DNA from: Amoebophrya sp. A120
Taxonomy: Eukaryota; Protista; Dinoflagellata
Length of the DNA stretch: 64,000 nucleotides
Assembly (NCBI GenBank): GCA_905178155.1
Contig: CAJINV010000011.1
Coordinates: 3,561,077-3,625,076 of the forward strand
Direction: 5' to 3'
This document shows positions 35,801 to 48,900 of this stretch, in pieces (the first letter of the stretch is position 1; the number at the start of each line of letters is the position of its first letter). The position numbers and the translations under genes were made by a program. The notes under the pieces are model-generated. The model worked only from the letters and a program-made list of their open reading frames with translations, did not search any database and had not been told where the DNA came from.

Positions 35801-38413
35801 TGCGATACTTTATTTGCACAGGATATTGAATGTTCCGGGAGGAGTGCCATCAACCAACAAAACACAACATCGACGACAGTGCCATCAACCTCGGGAATCG
35901 CAGGAAGTTGTGCAGCAGAACTTGGCGGGTCATCGTCCTCGTTGCTAAGGAGCAGAGGACGGAGCAGCAGGGCTGTACTGTTCAAGGAGGTCGCGGAGGT
36001 GGAGGAAATACAAATAGATGCGAGTTCTAGTGCGGGTATAATTCATTGCATGTGAGCTCCTGCCGCTTTTGGAGGCTCTATTACTTCGGATTATCGTGGC
36101 TGCAGGGCATTTGTTATTTTTTTGAAATCTGGTTGTAGCTGTTGCTGTAGTTGTATCCAAGCCTACCTCGAATAACAAAAAACTGGTTGCGATTTTCTCT
36201 ACCCCAAGAACTGAAATAAAATATTCAACCTGAGGCCCCTCCACACCACCTGTGAGTCGACCGTCGTTAGGCAACAAATCGCCGACCACAAGCTTCCCAA
36301 GCTTCAGTTCCTTAAAATCTCTTCCTCCCGTACCGCGTACGCAGCTGGACGTGCGTCTCCCGCAGCTGGACCACCTCCCCCTCTCTTCACCGGACGACCT
36401 AGACCGACCGCACGGAGTGACGATGTTTGTGTACGGTGACGATCCAGTGCCGCGCATGAGCAAGCGGTGGCCGGGACTGGGACCCAGCCTCGGCAGTGTG
36501 TTTGAGCGCTTGAATATCCACAGTAAATTTCTTGTACACGTACAAATGCGGTGTCTGCATGGCAAAACTTGGCTTCGATCCTAGTTTAGCATGACAAGTT
36601 TCACACTCCAAATTGGGGAAATTTGTGATGCATCTTGTACATGTACTACGGGAAATTTGTAATGCATACTGAACATCCTGGAGGGGCTGCACTTTGACCT
36701 CTGCCACCCACCGGTTTCTCAGGTGTTTTTCCTGTCGCGCGGTACCTTATGGAAGCGTCAGGTTTGAAATCGACAAAGTTGAAATGATTTGTCATGCATA
36801 AAATGGATACCAGCTGGAAGCCCAATTCCCAAGCGGCCCATGACAAATTTTCGGAGCACCGGAATCCAATTTGTCATGCTGTTTGGGCACAGAAGACTGC
36901 TTTTGTCGTGCTCTTTTAGCAGCTCTATCCCAAACCCTAAATAGGCTCACAATCTGCCTCACTTGCCATCCCGGCAATACAGACACCTCATGCCTTGCAT
37001 TTTATGCATCACAGACTATTTCAACTTCGACGATTTCAATCCTGACACTACCATATACCTGGGACGCGCTCAACTGGGGCGTACCGGAGGGGGTGCTGAA
37101 AAATAGGGTAGCTGGATCATTTTTTCAAACTGAAACTTCTTGATGACGCAGAGTGCTAGCACACAAGAAGTTGTGCTTCCTCATAACCTCTATTTAGATT
37201 TTTGATCGCCGCTTTCACGAAACGAAATTATCAAACCGAAACACTAATACACAATGAACAAAAACTCATCCTTCTGCGTTGCAGGAAAACCACAAGACAC
37301 ACAACACTACTTATATCAGCGCACCGGCTTCGCCCGCTTTTTCACGGACTATCTGGTTTCTGAACCCGAGTTGTTTCGGCTGCAGAATCCGACAGATGCG
37401 AGTAGTGCGAACCCAAATCCCATCAACGAGGCAAAATTGTTTGACCCAGTGCAGTTGTTGTTTGGGTTGCACCTGTTCAACCCGCTAAATCAGTAAGGGA
37501 AGAAGCGAAAAAATATTTCTTGTCCTCACTGCGCCTTGTTGCAATAATGTACTGTTCAGCTGCAACTTGTTCGCATTGCTTCCTGTGCATAATATGCGAG
37601 CAGCCTGCGGATGAAAGGGTGGATAAAGTGGCCACGAGGCTGCAGCTAACAAACAAGACGAGTTAGAACGTTATGTACAGATATGATGCGAACGAGCGAC
37701 CGCAAGGCGAAGTTGAGATGACGATGATGCTTTTTTCTCATACGCCCCTGCACTCATTTATGAAATGCAAAAGCATCGTACTAGTATGAATTGCAACACA
37801 AATTGGCTCAGCATTACAAAGAAATTGAATTTGTAAACAAATTTGCCTTAGGAACTGGATTTGTAACGCATGAATGCAATTACAATTAGTACGAGTGCGA
37901 TACTTTTGCATTGGATATCATTCAACCGGTTCGCGGAACACTTCAACGAGTATGAGAGTGCACAATTCCACCCCCTCCTCCTCATTTGTCATGCAAAATA
38001 CCCAGTCCAGGACACTCCCTAACAAAATACTCAGTAGGACAAAATCTCCACCTTTTGCCTCTTCTTGGCACTGTTTGCATGACAAGCTCTGGTAGCCCAA
38101 GTAGCACTACACTCCAGTGCAAATTTGTCATGCGGTGCCGGCAATCTTGCTGATGCTTGTACTGCCGTTCACGCTGTACAAATGAGGCGGAGGGGGAGTT
38201 GTGCACTGTCATCGCGAGATGACGGGCGGCGCTGGACGTATGGTGCAGGTTCCGGGAGAAACAATTCCGGAGGTGGAGCGAAGTGTTCGGGGCACCAAGG
38301 ATTCTTCGGCCCCAGCGGAGGAAGGAGACAATTTTGCCGAATTCGCGTCTTTATCAAACAGCGGGGAGGGATTCCTTGACAATCGTAGTCAATTTTTGGC
38401 GATAAATTACTGA
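23803..38413 (+). CDS. Class-3 (fungal/plant-type) lipase with long disordered N-terminus and one TM helix
   Basis: Frame is continuous after removing 20 TIR introns and 5 GT-AG introns (33942-34177, ~34849-35115, 36036-36234, 37108-37319, 37493-37680). Lipase_3 motifs occur in order: LWLIFRGT...EWFYDI (~29915-30125), VGRGF (~31180), IVGHSLGGACAL (~32710), HTFA (~34800), VYGDDPVP (~36430), candidate His LHSF (~37750). TM segment CLVVFFLLFTAVAFL at ~27890-27935. The start and some canonical junctions are approximate. Confidence 0.82.
23946..24138. mobile_element. TIR introner, family A (degenerate right end)
   Basis: TSD AGCCA/AGTCA; joins RS-HPSTPG. Confidence 0.75.
25827..25970. mobile_element. 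TIR introner, family A
   Basis: Ends TATGAATTGCAAAAG / CTTTTGCACAGGATA; repeat GATCT is offset by 3 nt on the left (25819-25823 / 25971-25975). Confidence 0.8.
26006..26192. mobile_element. TIR introner, family F (TATGACA.TGCACAACTCC)
   Basis: Perfect TSD GCGGA. Confidence 0.9.
26250..26437. mobile_element. TIR introner, family A
   Basis: TSD AGAGC with the right copy offset by 3 nt (26441-26445). Confidence 0.8.
28130..28152 (+). other. Dinoflagellate spliced-leader (DinoSL) relic
   Basis: The last 12 nt TTTTGGCTCAAG are identical to the 3' end of DinoSL (DCCGTAGCCATTTTGGCTCAAG). GTAGC is also present upstream, and the match sits exactly at the insertion's 5' boundary. Confidence 0.8.
28130..28950 (+). 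mobile_element. Non-coding retroposon (SINE-like or retrocopy) with spliced-leader head and (ATG)n tail
   Basis: 9-bp TSD ATGCGGAAA (28121-28129 / 28951-28959); 5' end GTGTAGCACTTTTTTGGCTCAAG; 3' end CATGATGATGATG; GC-rich interior with no credible ORF. Confidence 0.8.
29746..29894. mobile_element. TIR introner, family A
   Basis: Perfect TSD TGGAG. Confidence 0.92.
29961..30112. mobile_element. TIR introner, family A (opposite orientation to the 29746 copy)
   Basis: Perfect TSD GTTCT; joins EWF-YDI. Confidence 0.92.
30197..30475. mobile_element. TIR introner, family D (TATCCTGAGTAAAAACG)
   Basis: Perfect TSD CAGCT; 279 bp, colinear with 31847-32125. Confidence 0.93.
31191..31478. mobile_element. 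TIR introner, family D-related
   Basis: Perfect TSD CGGGT; splits VGRG-F. Confidence 0.9.
31847..32125. mobile_element. TIR introner, family D
   Basis: Perfect TSD CGGTG; 279 bp. Confidence 0.93.
32186..32491. mobile_element. TIR introner, family E-related
   Basis: TATGAGAGCCTCAG ... CTGAGGCTTTCATA; perfect TSD GAGGA. Confidence 0.9.
32737..32957. mobile_element. TIR introner, family C
   Basis: Perfect TSD GCGTG; lies directly after GHSLGGA. Confidence 0.92.
33021..33282. mobile_element. TIR introner, family B
   Basis: TSD TCCGA/TCCAA; 262 bp. Confidence 0.92.
33316..33577. mobile_element. TIR introner, family B
   Basis: Perfect TSD GCTAG; 262 bp, close copy of 33021-33282. Confidence 0.92.
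34282..34565. mobile_element. TIR introner, family B (degenerate)
   Basis: TSD CCTGG with the right copy offset by 3 nt (34569-34573). Confidence 0.8.
35667..35825. mobile_element. TIR introner, family A
   Basis: TSD TTCAA/TTGAA. Confidence 0.87.
36515..36668. mobile_element. TIR introner, family G
   Basis: TSD TTGAA/CTGAA. Confidence 0.85.
36748..37055. mobile_element. TIR introner, family E (TATGG.AG.GTCAGG.TTGAAATCG)
   Basis: Perfect TSD TACCT; colinear with 48153-48459. Confidence 0.92.
37759..37917. mobile_element. TIR introner, family A
   Basis: Perfect TSD TCATT. Confidence 0.88.
37951..38213. mobile_element. TIR introner, family F
   Basis: TSD ACGAG/GCGAG; right end reads ATC instead of ATA. 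Confidence 0.82.
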
Positions 38414-39721
38414 AAAACAAAATGATATTACATCAAAACAGCAATACATGATATAATTACAGCAGCTGAAATGACAATGAGATTTAAAGATCAACGCTTA
38501 CTAAGTTTCGCAAGATCGCAGGAGTGCTCTCCCTCTCGCGACTAGCGATAATATAGATCTTACATTTACAGGCTCAGGTACTTGTCCAGTTCCAATCTCA
38601 TCGACCCGGTTTGTCGTGAAGCTTTTGAGTTAGAAGGACCGCGAGAGGCTCTCCTCCTCCCTTCTTCTCGTTTTAGTGTAGACAGCAGCTCCGTAGTACA
38701 GTATTGAGTCAAATAAAACTAAAAATCGGCACATTGAAATTGAATATGATGAATTCGAGTTCGACATTGATTTAAAGACATTCTTTCGTGTCCTTTCGGT
38801 TTCAAGAGCTTTATCACGTCGAAGATGGCGCAAAGCGGAGTCGGACACACTTCTACAATAACGAAAAGGCTCTCGTCCTGTCTCGATGTAAGAACACTCA
38901 AAATGCAAATAACCTTTCTTGCGAAATAATGACAGATTATATCTTACTGAGTTCGACGAGCAGGATTTTGATTTTCATTTTGCTGTCTACCTTTTAAGTA
39001 ATTCGCCTGCGTTTATTATCCCTGGATACAGCGGATTCGGAGAAGAATAAACCAGGCGGCGCTCATCTATGTGGTCAACGAAAAGCGACATTCATATTGT
39101 TATTGGCTTTCTTTATGTTTCTTTTTTGATTTGGAAGTTCTAGTTCTTCATTTGGCGTGCCGGCTAAAAGGCACCCCAAATTGGATATTCTAAATGCGAC
39201 AACACCTCGTCTAAAAGTAAAACCCGGGACGAGCCCGTTTAGAAGCTGAGGCATTGTAGGTATCAGCCTCATTGCTTTGGTATGTGCCGTGCGCCAAACT
39301 GCCCTGTCAATGGTTTTCCGTTGTTCTAAAGAAACTCGACTCTACAACTGCAGACAGAAGAATCTGAAGGATGAAGCCCTGTCATGTTTTGGGCAGAGAT
39401 CCAAAATTCTAAATTTTCAATTGTGTTGAAAAAAATGAAAAGAGATCACGCTCGGACATGAACATGATCTTTAATTGGGAAATCCTGGTGTGTTTTTTCA
39501 TGCAAAGAATTGTTTTTTCGATTCGAATTGTTCGGTCCAAAACTGACAATTTTTTCTCCACTTTGTGCCTGGCAGCCTGATTGAAAACACTAGACTCACA
39601 ACTCGTATTTCTACAGCATTTCTTCTTCTTGAAGCTGTATTTTTGAAAGCAACACTAAACACAATCTCCTCGGGTGTCTCACTTCTTGTATACGCAGATC
39701 TACTAAGACTAACCGTGGTAA

Positions 39722-41220
<1,499 letters not shown>

Positions 41221-42627
41221 GTAGAAGTCATTGGGGAAATTAGTGTTTCATATCAGGCGGGTCATGCTGGTTTACGATTATCTTAAATTTTCGTCTTTAA
41301 CGGCGAATTGTTCGCATTTCGAAAGCAAGACAGCCCGAAAAAGATAACTACAGTTACGCAGCTGGGGTTGTCGCGAGACACATCAACTGTATCTTCACTT
41401 TGTGGATGATCATCTCGGAAGAACTTCTATAGATCATTTTTATCGATGTAACCTTCGCAGCATGATGTTGAAAGTACATTGCAGAGACTTTTTTAGATTT
41501 CAAATGAACCACGAATTTTGTGCGCCGGCCTTGTGATGAAAAGAAGTCAACTGGTTAATGGATCTAAATTATTCGTCGAATTTGCTGCAATGGCAACAAA
41601 CATGGGCCCATGCGCAATCTCATTCTAATCTGTACGGTAAAAATCTACTACGCCGAAAGATGAATATGCAAGACAGGAAATCTCTGAATTTACTTACTCG
41701 CATAGGCCATAGAATCCACATCGCACCCGTGCTGTGTGAGCACGAGCATAGTTTTTTACCACAGACAATTAGGGATCGATTGTCCAACACTAAAGGCTGC
41801 AGACATCGCAACATTTTTTAATGAAAGCTTTATGAAAGATTTAGATTTTTACAGCCTTGAATGATTCTGGATTCAGTTAAGAAGACCCGTTGTACATCTT
41901 ATTTTGTCGATCAGGAATAAACTTTTAGATTTACTTCCTTACGTCATTGAATTTTCCCGCAACGAAAGTCATTTAGAAGTAGTACTCAGTATCTCTATCT
42001 TTCAAAAGAATAGCCCGTTATACCCTCTATTAGGCCACAATCTGATCTCACCCGATTTCTTTAGCCCAGTTTACGATTTCTTTTGAAGCCACACCGTACT
42101 GTGATGTGTTTCGCTTCCACTCCGTTCTCTCCCTGCGAGATAAATTTGAGCAGCGATTGAATACATGGAACACGTTGCAGCATGAGTGGAAGACGCTTCA
42201 TTTCTTTTTCCCAAAACATTTATTTTCCACACCGCACAAACAAGTGAAAAGAAACTTCAGGTTTAGAGAGTGTAGGAAGGCGCGGAGTTCTAATGCACTA
42301 CCCATGATCATGGACATGAACTACAGGCGCATTGAAGGGAAGTGCGTTGTTTGTGCGAATTCGGCATGAAAAGCCGGATGTTGTTCCTTCTGCTTTCTCC
42401 TTTAGAGATTGACTTGGATACAGATACTCCGCAGTCAGGAGCTGGGGTTCATGCCAGACGATCCCGTAAGGTATTTGATAAGAGTGCGACTGCGAATCCT
42501 CACCGAAGATCCTGAAAGAGAAAGACAGGAAAAGCAGTTTTTTTCTGCCAACCCGCTTTGAATCAGATCTAGGGCACGACACACGTAGAGCGACTCTTCT
42601 TTTTGTCGTGAATAATCGTGAAAGAAG

Positions 42628-43514
42628 ATGCGGTCTTTGTACACTCTCGCCCTCGTTGGCTGCATTACTGTGGCGGATGCTTTTATGCTGAAGAAGCTGG
42701 CAAAGAAGAATCGCGACAAGCTGAATCCAGGGGAGATCGCGGAAGTTCTGCGCGCGAAGAGCAACTCCGCCAAGACCATGGTGAACACGAACGAGTTGCC
42801 CGTGGCCTGCCAATATGCATTGTAAAAGTATCCTCGCGCTCGTACTAACTGCAATGACTATGCCTATGCGCGGCAACTTGCGTCCTTAATGTATGCAGAA
42901 AAGCATGAGAAATTCCAGGTCCTCCCATGCTGAGCTTCAAATTTGTAATGCATTTTGTGCTAAGTGCGATACTTTTGCAATGCATAGCGAAGCCATCCAG
43001 TGTGCCAACATCGCGGACATCTGCCCGTTGGACATCGTGTGGGAGAAGGGCGCTTGCTGCCCGGTGTGCCAGACCGAGGGCTTCAAGCCGGGCATGCCGC
43101 CGGTCACGGATGAGTACCTGGTCGAAATGTGGGAGGGTGCCGACATGGCCTCGGTAAGCAAGGTGAAGTTGTATGTGTGTGGGTCGATGAAGGCACATTT
43201 TGAATTTTGCAAAAAATACTAATACTTGAAATCAAAATCTGGCGCGACAAACCCACCCAAGAACGGCATTGATGTGTCCTCTCCCTCTGTGTGTTTGATG
43301 CGGTATCGTGATCTAGCTTGTTATGACGAGAGTGGGCAAAAGCGGCCGTGGGTCGGTGATTTAAAGAAGCTGGATAAGCATCGATCTTATTCACTCACGC
43401 GTTTTCATCCTTTCATAGCCGTGCAAGGACGTGAAGTGCTTCCGCCTCCAGTGCCCGAAGGGAGAAAAGCCGGCTGCGCCGTCCGGCGGCTGCTGCAAGG
43501 TCTGCAAGAAGTAA
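42628..43514 (+). CDS. Small secreted cysteine-rich protein with two VWC-like repeats
   Basis: Exons 42628-42813, 42992-43153, 43419-43514. Signal-like N-terminus MRSLYTLALVGCITVADA. Repeats C.AIQC..IC...GACCPVC and CKDVKC..QC...GGCCKVC. Confidence 0.82.
42814..42986. mobile_element. TIR introner, family A
   Basis: TSD GCCAA/GCGAA. Confidence 0.87.
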
Positions 43515-44312
43515 TCCGTCGAAGTTCTTGCGTGGAGAATATACCGTCGTTAAAGTTCAAGTTCGACGGTTTTGTTGGTTGTAGAAAGTAAGCACGTAGG
43601 TAGAACTGCTTCTTATCTGATTTTGGTTTCACTGTACAAAGGTGGAGGTGCTGACACTGAGAAGTATTGTAGATTCGGGACAAGCTGCGTGTCCTTTAGA
43701 TTTTTTTTCCGATGTGCAACTATTTCTACTTGATGTTTCGAGTTCGACCCAGTCTAACTCTATTAATTTCTCTTTCTTGTTTATTTTACATGACAATAGC
43801 GACTTTGGTCCAGTAAGGACCCGAAGCGTTTAGAGCATGACGATTCATCAAAACGCTTTCGTAAAAAACTCAGGAAGTGGACGCTTTGTTCAACAACCGA
43901 TATTCTATTTCACATTGATCTCGGTTTTTTTTTTACGATCCGAATCAAGTGGATCCAAACGACTTAGGCCAGCATCGGTATGATCGTGTCCCATGAAAGC
44001 GGTCTTTCAAAGTAGTGATCGTGTGTTTTTTTTCCTTTTCGCTCTGAAGTGGAAGATGGTGATCGTGACAGAAGTTTTTCAGCAGACCATGATCATGATG
44101 AAGATTTTGCAGATCAGGACTTTCACGCCAAAATCGTTCGCCGGAAAATTTGCAGCAGCCGAGCTTCTTTTTGCTCTTTCAAGCATGTAACACATAAATT
44201 TTGCAGATCGGGAAAAAAATCGAGATCGACGAGGATCAGATTTTCATCTGTTGAAATGCAAATCAATGTGTGTGAGAAATAGAAAAAGGAAGATCAAGAT
44301 TTATAGACATTG

Positions 44313-44602
44313 CCCCGCCCTTGCAGGGAAGGGGGGCTGCCAGCAGGTAGTCAATTGTTCGGCTGCGAACTACATCATAGCACAGACTTCGGACACGGAA
44401 AGTCTGCCAGTCTTGCTAACGAACAGCCCGCCCTTGCAGGGAAGGGAAGCTATCGGATGCTAGTTATTTAGACAAAAAAGCCTCGCCCTTGTAGGGAGGG
44501 GCGCCTAGCACGAGCTCGCAGCTGGTGCAAAAGTCTCTTCGCATAGCCGACCATGTAGCGGAAGACACTGAGCGAGACGCAACCTGCTTCCCGCAGGGAA
44601 GC
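44313..44602. repeat. Dispersed hairpin repeat CGCCCTTG(C/T)AGGGA(A)GGG x3 plus one related copy
   Basis: Copies at ~44313, ~44426 and ~44481, plus GCTTCCCGCAGGGAAGC at 44586. Confidence 0.75.
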
Positions 44603-45443
44603 TAGACACACTGGCCCCGGCTTTCTGGGAGCGGGTCTCAACGCAGTTAGGTTGGCCAGCAGCTAGCTAGCTACCGCGCGCGCCCCTCAGCGCTCGCAAG
44701 CACCAGGCGCAACGGCGCAACCCTGAGGCGCAGGTGGCGCGTCAGAGCACGCGGCCACTGCAGCAATAGGGACGCACGCCAAGCGCAGGCGCTGACGGCA
44801 CGAAGGGCCGCGACTGCCGAGAACCAACAAGAGGAAGCCGGGAGCTGCCGTAGTTCTTCGCCCGCATGGCCGGACTGCTGTGTGTGGTGGCACCGGCTTA
44901 GCCGGGGGACCCGCTATCTCTAGTAGCTTGCATTCGCTATGTCTTCCGCATCGCGCGGGCCTTGTGAGGAATGTAAGCCCAGGCGGGAGAGCATTGCGGC
45001 GCCCCTCCCCTTCTGCCTAAGATGCTGGGCAGACGAGGAGGGCGCAAAGCATCCGCGGAAGCGCAGGATGCCCCCCGGCCGCATCACCTACAGGCTAGTA
45101 GCTTATGGCCGATGTGTGCCGGCACTTCGCGGCAAAATCGAGCAACACGGCGCTAGCAGCGAGAATCGCCTTGATGTGGCCGTCAGGAACAAGGAATAGA
45201 GATTGCCGGAGCGTTTAAGCACGCCCGCCCCCCTTGGGGTCGCATAGGCTCCTCCCGGCTCCGATGTTCACCTCTTGCGCTGTTCGCCGGGCCTAGCCAG
45301 ATCCATCGCGGACACAGAGGGTAGCCTCGCACCCTTGCTCGTCCGTACAAATCGTTTGGGTGGATCGCTTTCCCGGTGTCACGATCAAAAATCGAGCGGC
45401 ACGTACCCCAGACACAGGGCAAAGTGCATCGTGTATAGTATAT
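44313..45443 (+). mobile_element. Non-coding GC-rich insertion, probable non-LTR retroposon
   Basis: Perfect 14-bp direct repeat ATTTATAGACATTG (44299-44312 / 45444-45457); TA-rich right end GTATAGTATAT; abrupt GC rise against AT-rich flanks. Confidence 0.75.
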
Positions 45444-45965
45444 ATTTATAGACATTGGTTGCTTATGCGAGTAAACGAAAAACTGGGAAGCGATGCATGT
45501 CGAGTTTGTCGCTTCACATTATTCAGGAATAGCAGTACTTACCGATTTTTTTTTTGAATTTATTTGTTGATAGTCTATTGCAATGTACATAGACATAGAG
45601 TCTTTCTTGTAAAGTAAAGCGAAAGTCTTAGTCTAAGTGACCAAGATCATGGGCAAAATCTATGTTGTAGTTTTGAGCTGAAAATTAACGACGACATTTA
45701 ACGAGGATAACCACTACCACAAGCGAAGCACGCTTTCGTCAGCGCTATTGTACATCACACTTCTCGGATCCACACCACAAGAAGCCTCCCTCCAGGAGTT
45801 GAGCAACAGATTGAAGCAGTGATCATATATTCGGCGGTCGTGCACATTATATTCGCACAAATACGGTTTGGTGCGCTCCTCTTCTTGTTGTGATTAACTA
45901 CAACATCCCAAGAAGAACTTTTTTTTCTCGTCTGCACAAGACAAAAAACACAACTGGTGAAAATA

Positions 45966-48900
45966 ATGATGGACTTTCAACACCTGTGCGCAAGGGTTTT
46001 TTCCTTGCTGATAGCGGTCTCTAATGTCGCTTGTGCCAGTGGCGCGTGGATGGCTAGAGTTGCCCCGCGGGCTCCTCCTCCAAAAAATGCAACTAGTTTA
46101 GCAACTCGTCAGGGAAAAAGGAACACAAGCATCGGCAAGCCCAAACTCGATGAGAAAAGGAGAACCGGACAGGACGACGAGCAAGACGGAAACTTCGTTT
46201 CCACCCATGAAATAAGTAGCCGGAGAGCAGCAGCAGCGGCGCCGGCGCCGCGCCGCCGTATGATCCAGTTCGAAGATGATAGTGATTCAGATGACCCCGA
46301 TGCGCCGACCCCGGAGCATGTGTTGGCCCGCGTAAATCCGCAAATCGCCGCAGCCAGGCGACTCTGGGACCAACAGCAGGGGAAGATGCGGCGGGCCCGC
46401 GAAGAGGAAGAACAAGACGAGCGCAAAGAGTACACGGGGGAACCCGCGGCTGAGCCTTGGCACGTTGAGGAAGGCCGAGTGATGAGCAGAGATCATAGAG
46501 TAGATGATGACCTTGAAGGATTTGGAGCGTCCGTTTCGACGAAACTGCCTGCCAGTTCTAATACCACTGGAGACAACACCTTCTTCGGTGCAGGTGCTGG
46601 ACCTTCACCGGCGAAGAGGACCAACAAGGAAGACACCGACGCGTCCATCGAAGAGATTCGCGGCCTCATGGCGAAGCTGCAGTCAAGCCTTGAGACTAGA
46701 AGTGGTGCAGCGACTCCACTTACTGCACTACCATCGAGTGGTGACGAGCTGGAGCCCCTGGTGTCTGATTCATCATCTCCCAGTAGTTCTACTACTACTC
46801 CAGCCTCCCAGAGGACGCCCTCGCCTGATTCATTTCCGAGCGCGGCCGCGTTGTCGGGTGGAGCAGGTGCAGGAGGTCCTTCTTCCGGACGAGCGGAAGT
46901 CAAGCCTGCAAGTGGTCTTTCTTTTCGGGAAAATCATGCGTTGCGGCCCCCTCGTCTGACACTACCCCCAAGCTTCAAACCTTCGCAAAGGCTTCGCCAC
47001 GCAGCACCGGTTTCGGATCCGGACATGTTGGTTAATGAAGAAGAGCGGAGTTGCTATCGGGGAGATCATGACGATGATGCAAATCGTGGTGCTACAACAA
47101 CTCTGCTCTCTGACTCCAACGGTGATCGTCAGAGCTGCTCTACTAGTACTGACGAGGAGGAGGCCGCTACGCCCAAGATTCGGCCCCAGGGCGACACCTT
47201 CCGCAAATTGCAGACCGCGAAGGGGCTTGACCGGTCGGACGCCTACAGTCTGCTCGAGACAGTCCGCAACACGCCGCACGAACTGGTGGAGCACGCGCGG
47301 TTGGTACAGCAATTTGGGAAACATTGGATCGAACTGCTAGGCCGCGGGGATAAAATGAGCAACGGCCTGATAGGAGATAGAACAAGTACTAGAAGTAGAA
47401 ACAAAAATCTGGAGCCGGGCGACTTTTGGGGTATGTCGCAGTTTGGCTTCGCGAGTAAATCAGGAGCAAGAGCAGCTGGAAATAAGTCGTGGCTCCTCAG
47501 TAGAAGTGCACCTGTATTGAATAGAGCTGGTGGAAATGATGGTCGAGCGGTCACCAGCGCCCGCACTGCAGAGCAGGGGGTCGACGTCCTGCAGGGCGAT
47601 TACGACACTAATAAACTGGATTATCTGTATGCGGATCCATCGCCGAACCTGGTCGTCTTGGCCGCCGTGGTGCGAAAAGTTTGTCGGGCCGCCAGCGTCG
47701 AGGGCCTGCTGCTATCCAGCGAAGTGGAAACGCGGGAAGAACAGCAGGTGCTCGAATTTTGCACCATCATCCGCGAAACTTGGACAAAACACGCACGCGT
47801 TCTGGGCGGGACTCCCGGAAGTCTAGTTTTACTGAAAGCCTGGCTAGGGGACGACGACGAGGACAGTGGTCTTCAAGATGCTGAATTTCATTTGCAGCCC
47901 GAGCACGACGAACAGAGCAAGAAAGCGGAGCTCCCACCTGCAAGCGGCTTTCACCCGCCTGCGCGTCATCAGCCAGCACTTCTGCGGAGCAATGGCCTTG
48001 GTTTATTTGCGCCGGGGGGGCCGCGACGTTCTTATTCTGACTCTCCGCCAGAGGAAGGGTCCACAATATCCTCCACTGAGACGGAAAGCAGCGCGCCTGC
48101 GCCCTCCAGCGTCGCGTCAAGCCAAGAGAGCCGTTATGCAGCCCTGAGGGAGTATGGATGTGTCAGAGTTGAAATCGACAAAGTTGAAATAATTTGCCAT
48201 GCATAAAATGGATGCCAGTTGGAACCCAGTTTCCAAGTGGCGCATGACAAATCTCGGCGGTCCCTAAATCCAGTTTGTCATGCTGTTTAGGCAAAGAAGA
48301 GTGATTTTCTCATGCTACTTTAGCAGCTCGAGCTGTAACCCCAAACAGGCTTACAATCGGCCTCACTTGCCTGCTCTGCAACGCACGCACCTCCGGCCAT
48401 GCATTTTATGCATTACAGATTATTTCAACTTTGACGATTTCAAACCTGACGCCTCCATAGGGAGAAGTTGCAGGAAGGAGAGCGCGCCCTGGAGGCCACG
48501 GTACTGACGAACATGAGCGAGCTATCCAAGAAAAAAACGTTGTTAGTGTAAATTTGTGATGCTCAACATGCAAGATTATTGCGTCTGTCATGCTTGGCAT
48601 GCGTCGCAGGGTCCATTAAAGAGCGTTTTCGCGTACTATCTGCCCATGACAGGTTTTTGCTGTCATGCCAGACAAATTTGTAATGCTGTTCCTCCAAAAA
48701 AGTTACACCTACAATGTTTTTTTCTTGGATACGAGCTAGCGACCGTGGGAACATCAACGAACCAAAACCTGGCACACAAGAGCCGCGGCTCGCCCGAGGG
48801 CGTGGAGACGGTGCACCTCGTATGGCGGCGATTGGAAAAACGCGCTCGAGCGGATCTGTCCGCGCGGCAGAGCCTCCGCACCTCGCTGCAGCTCGCCTGC

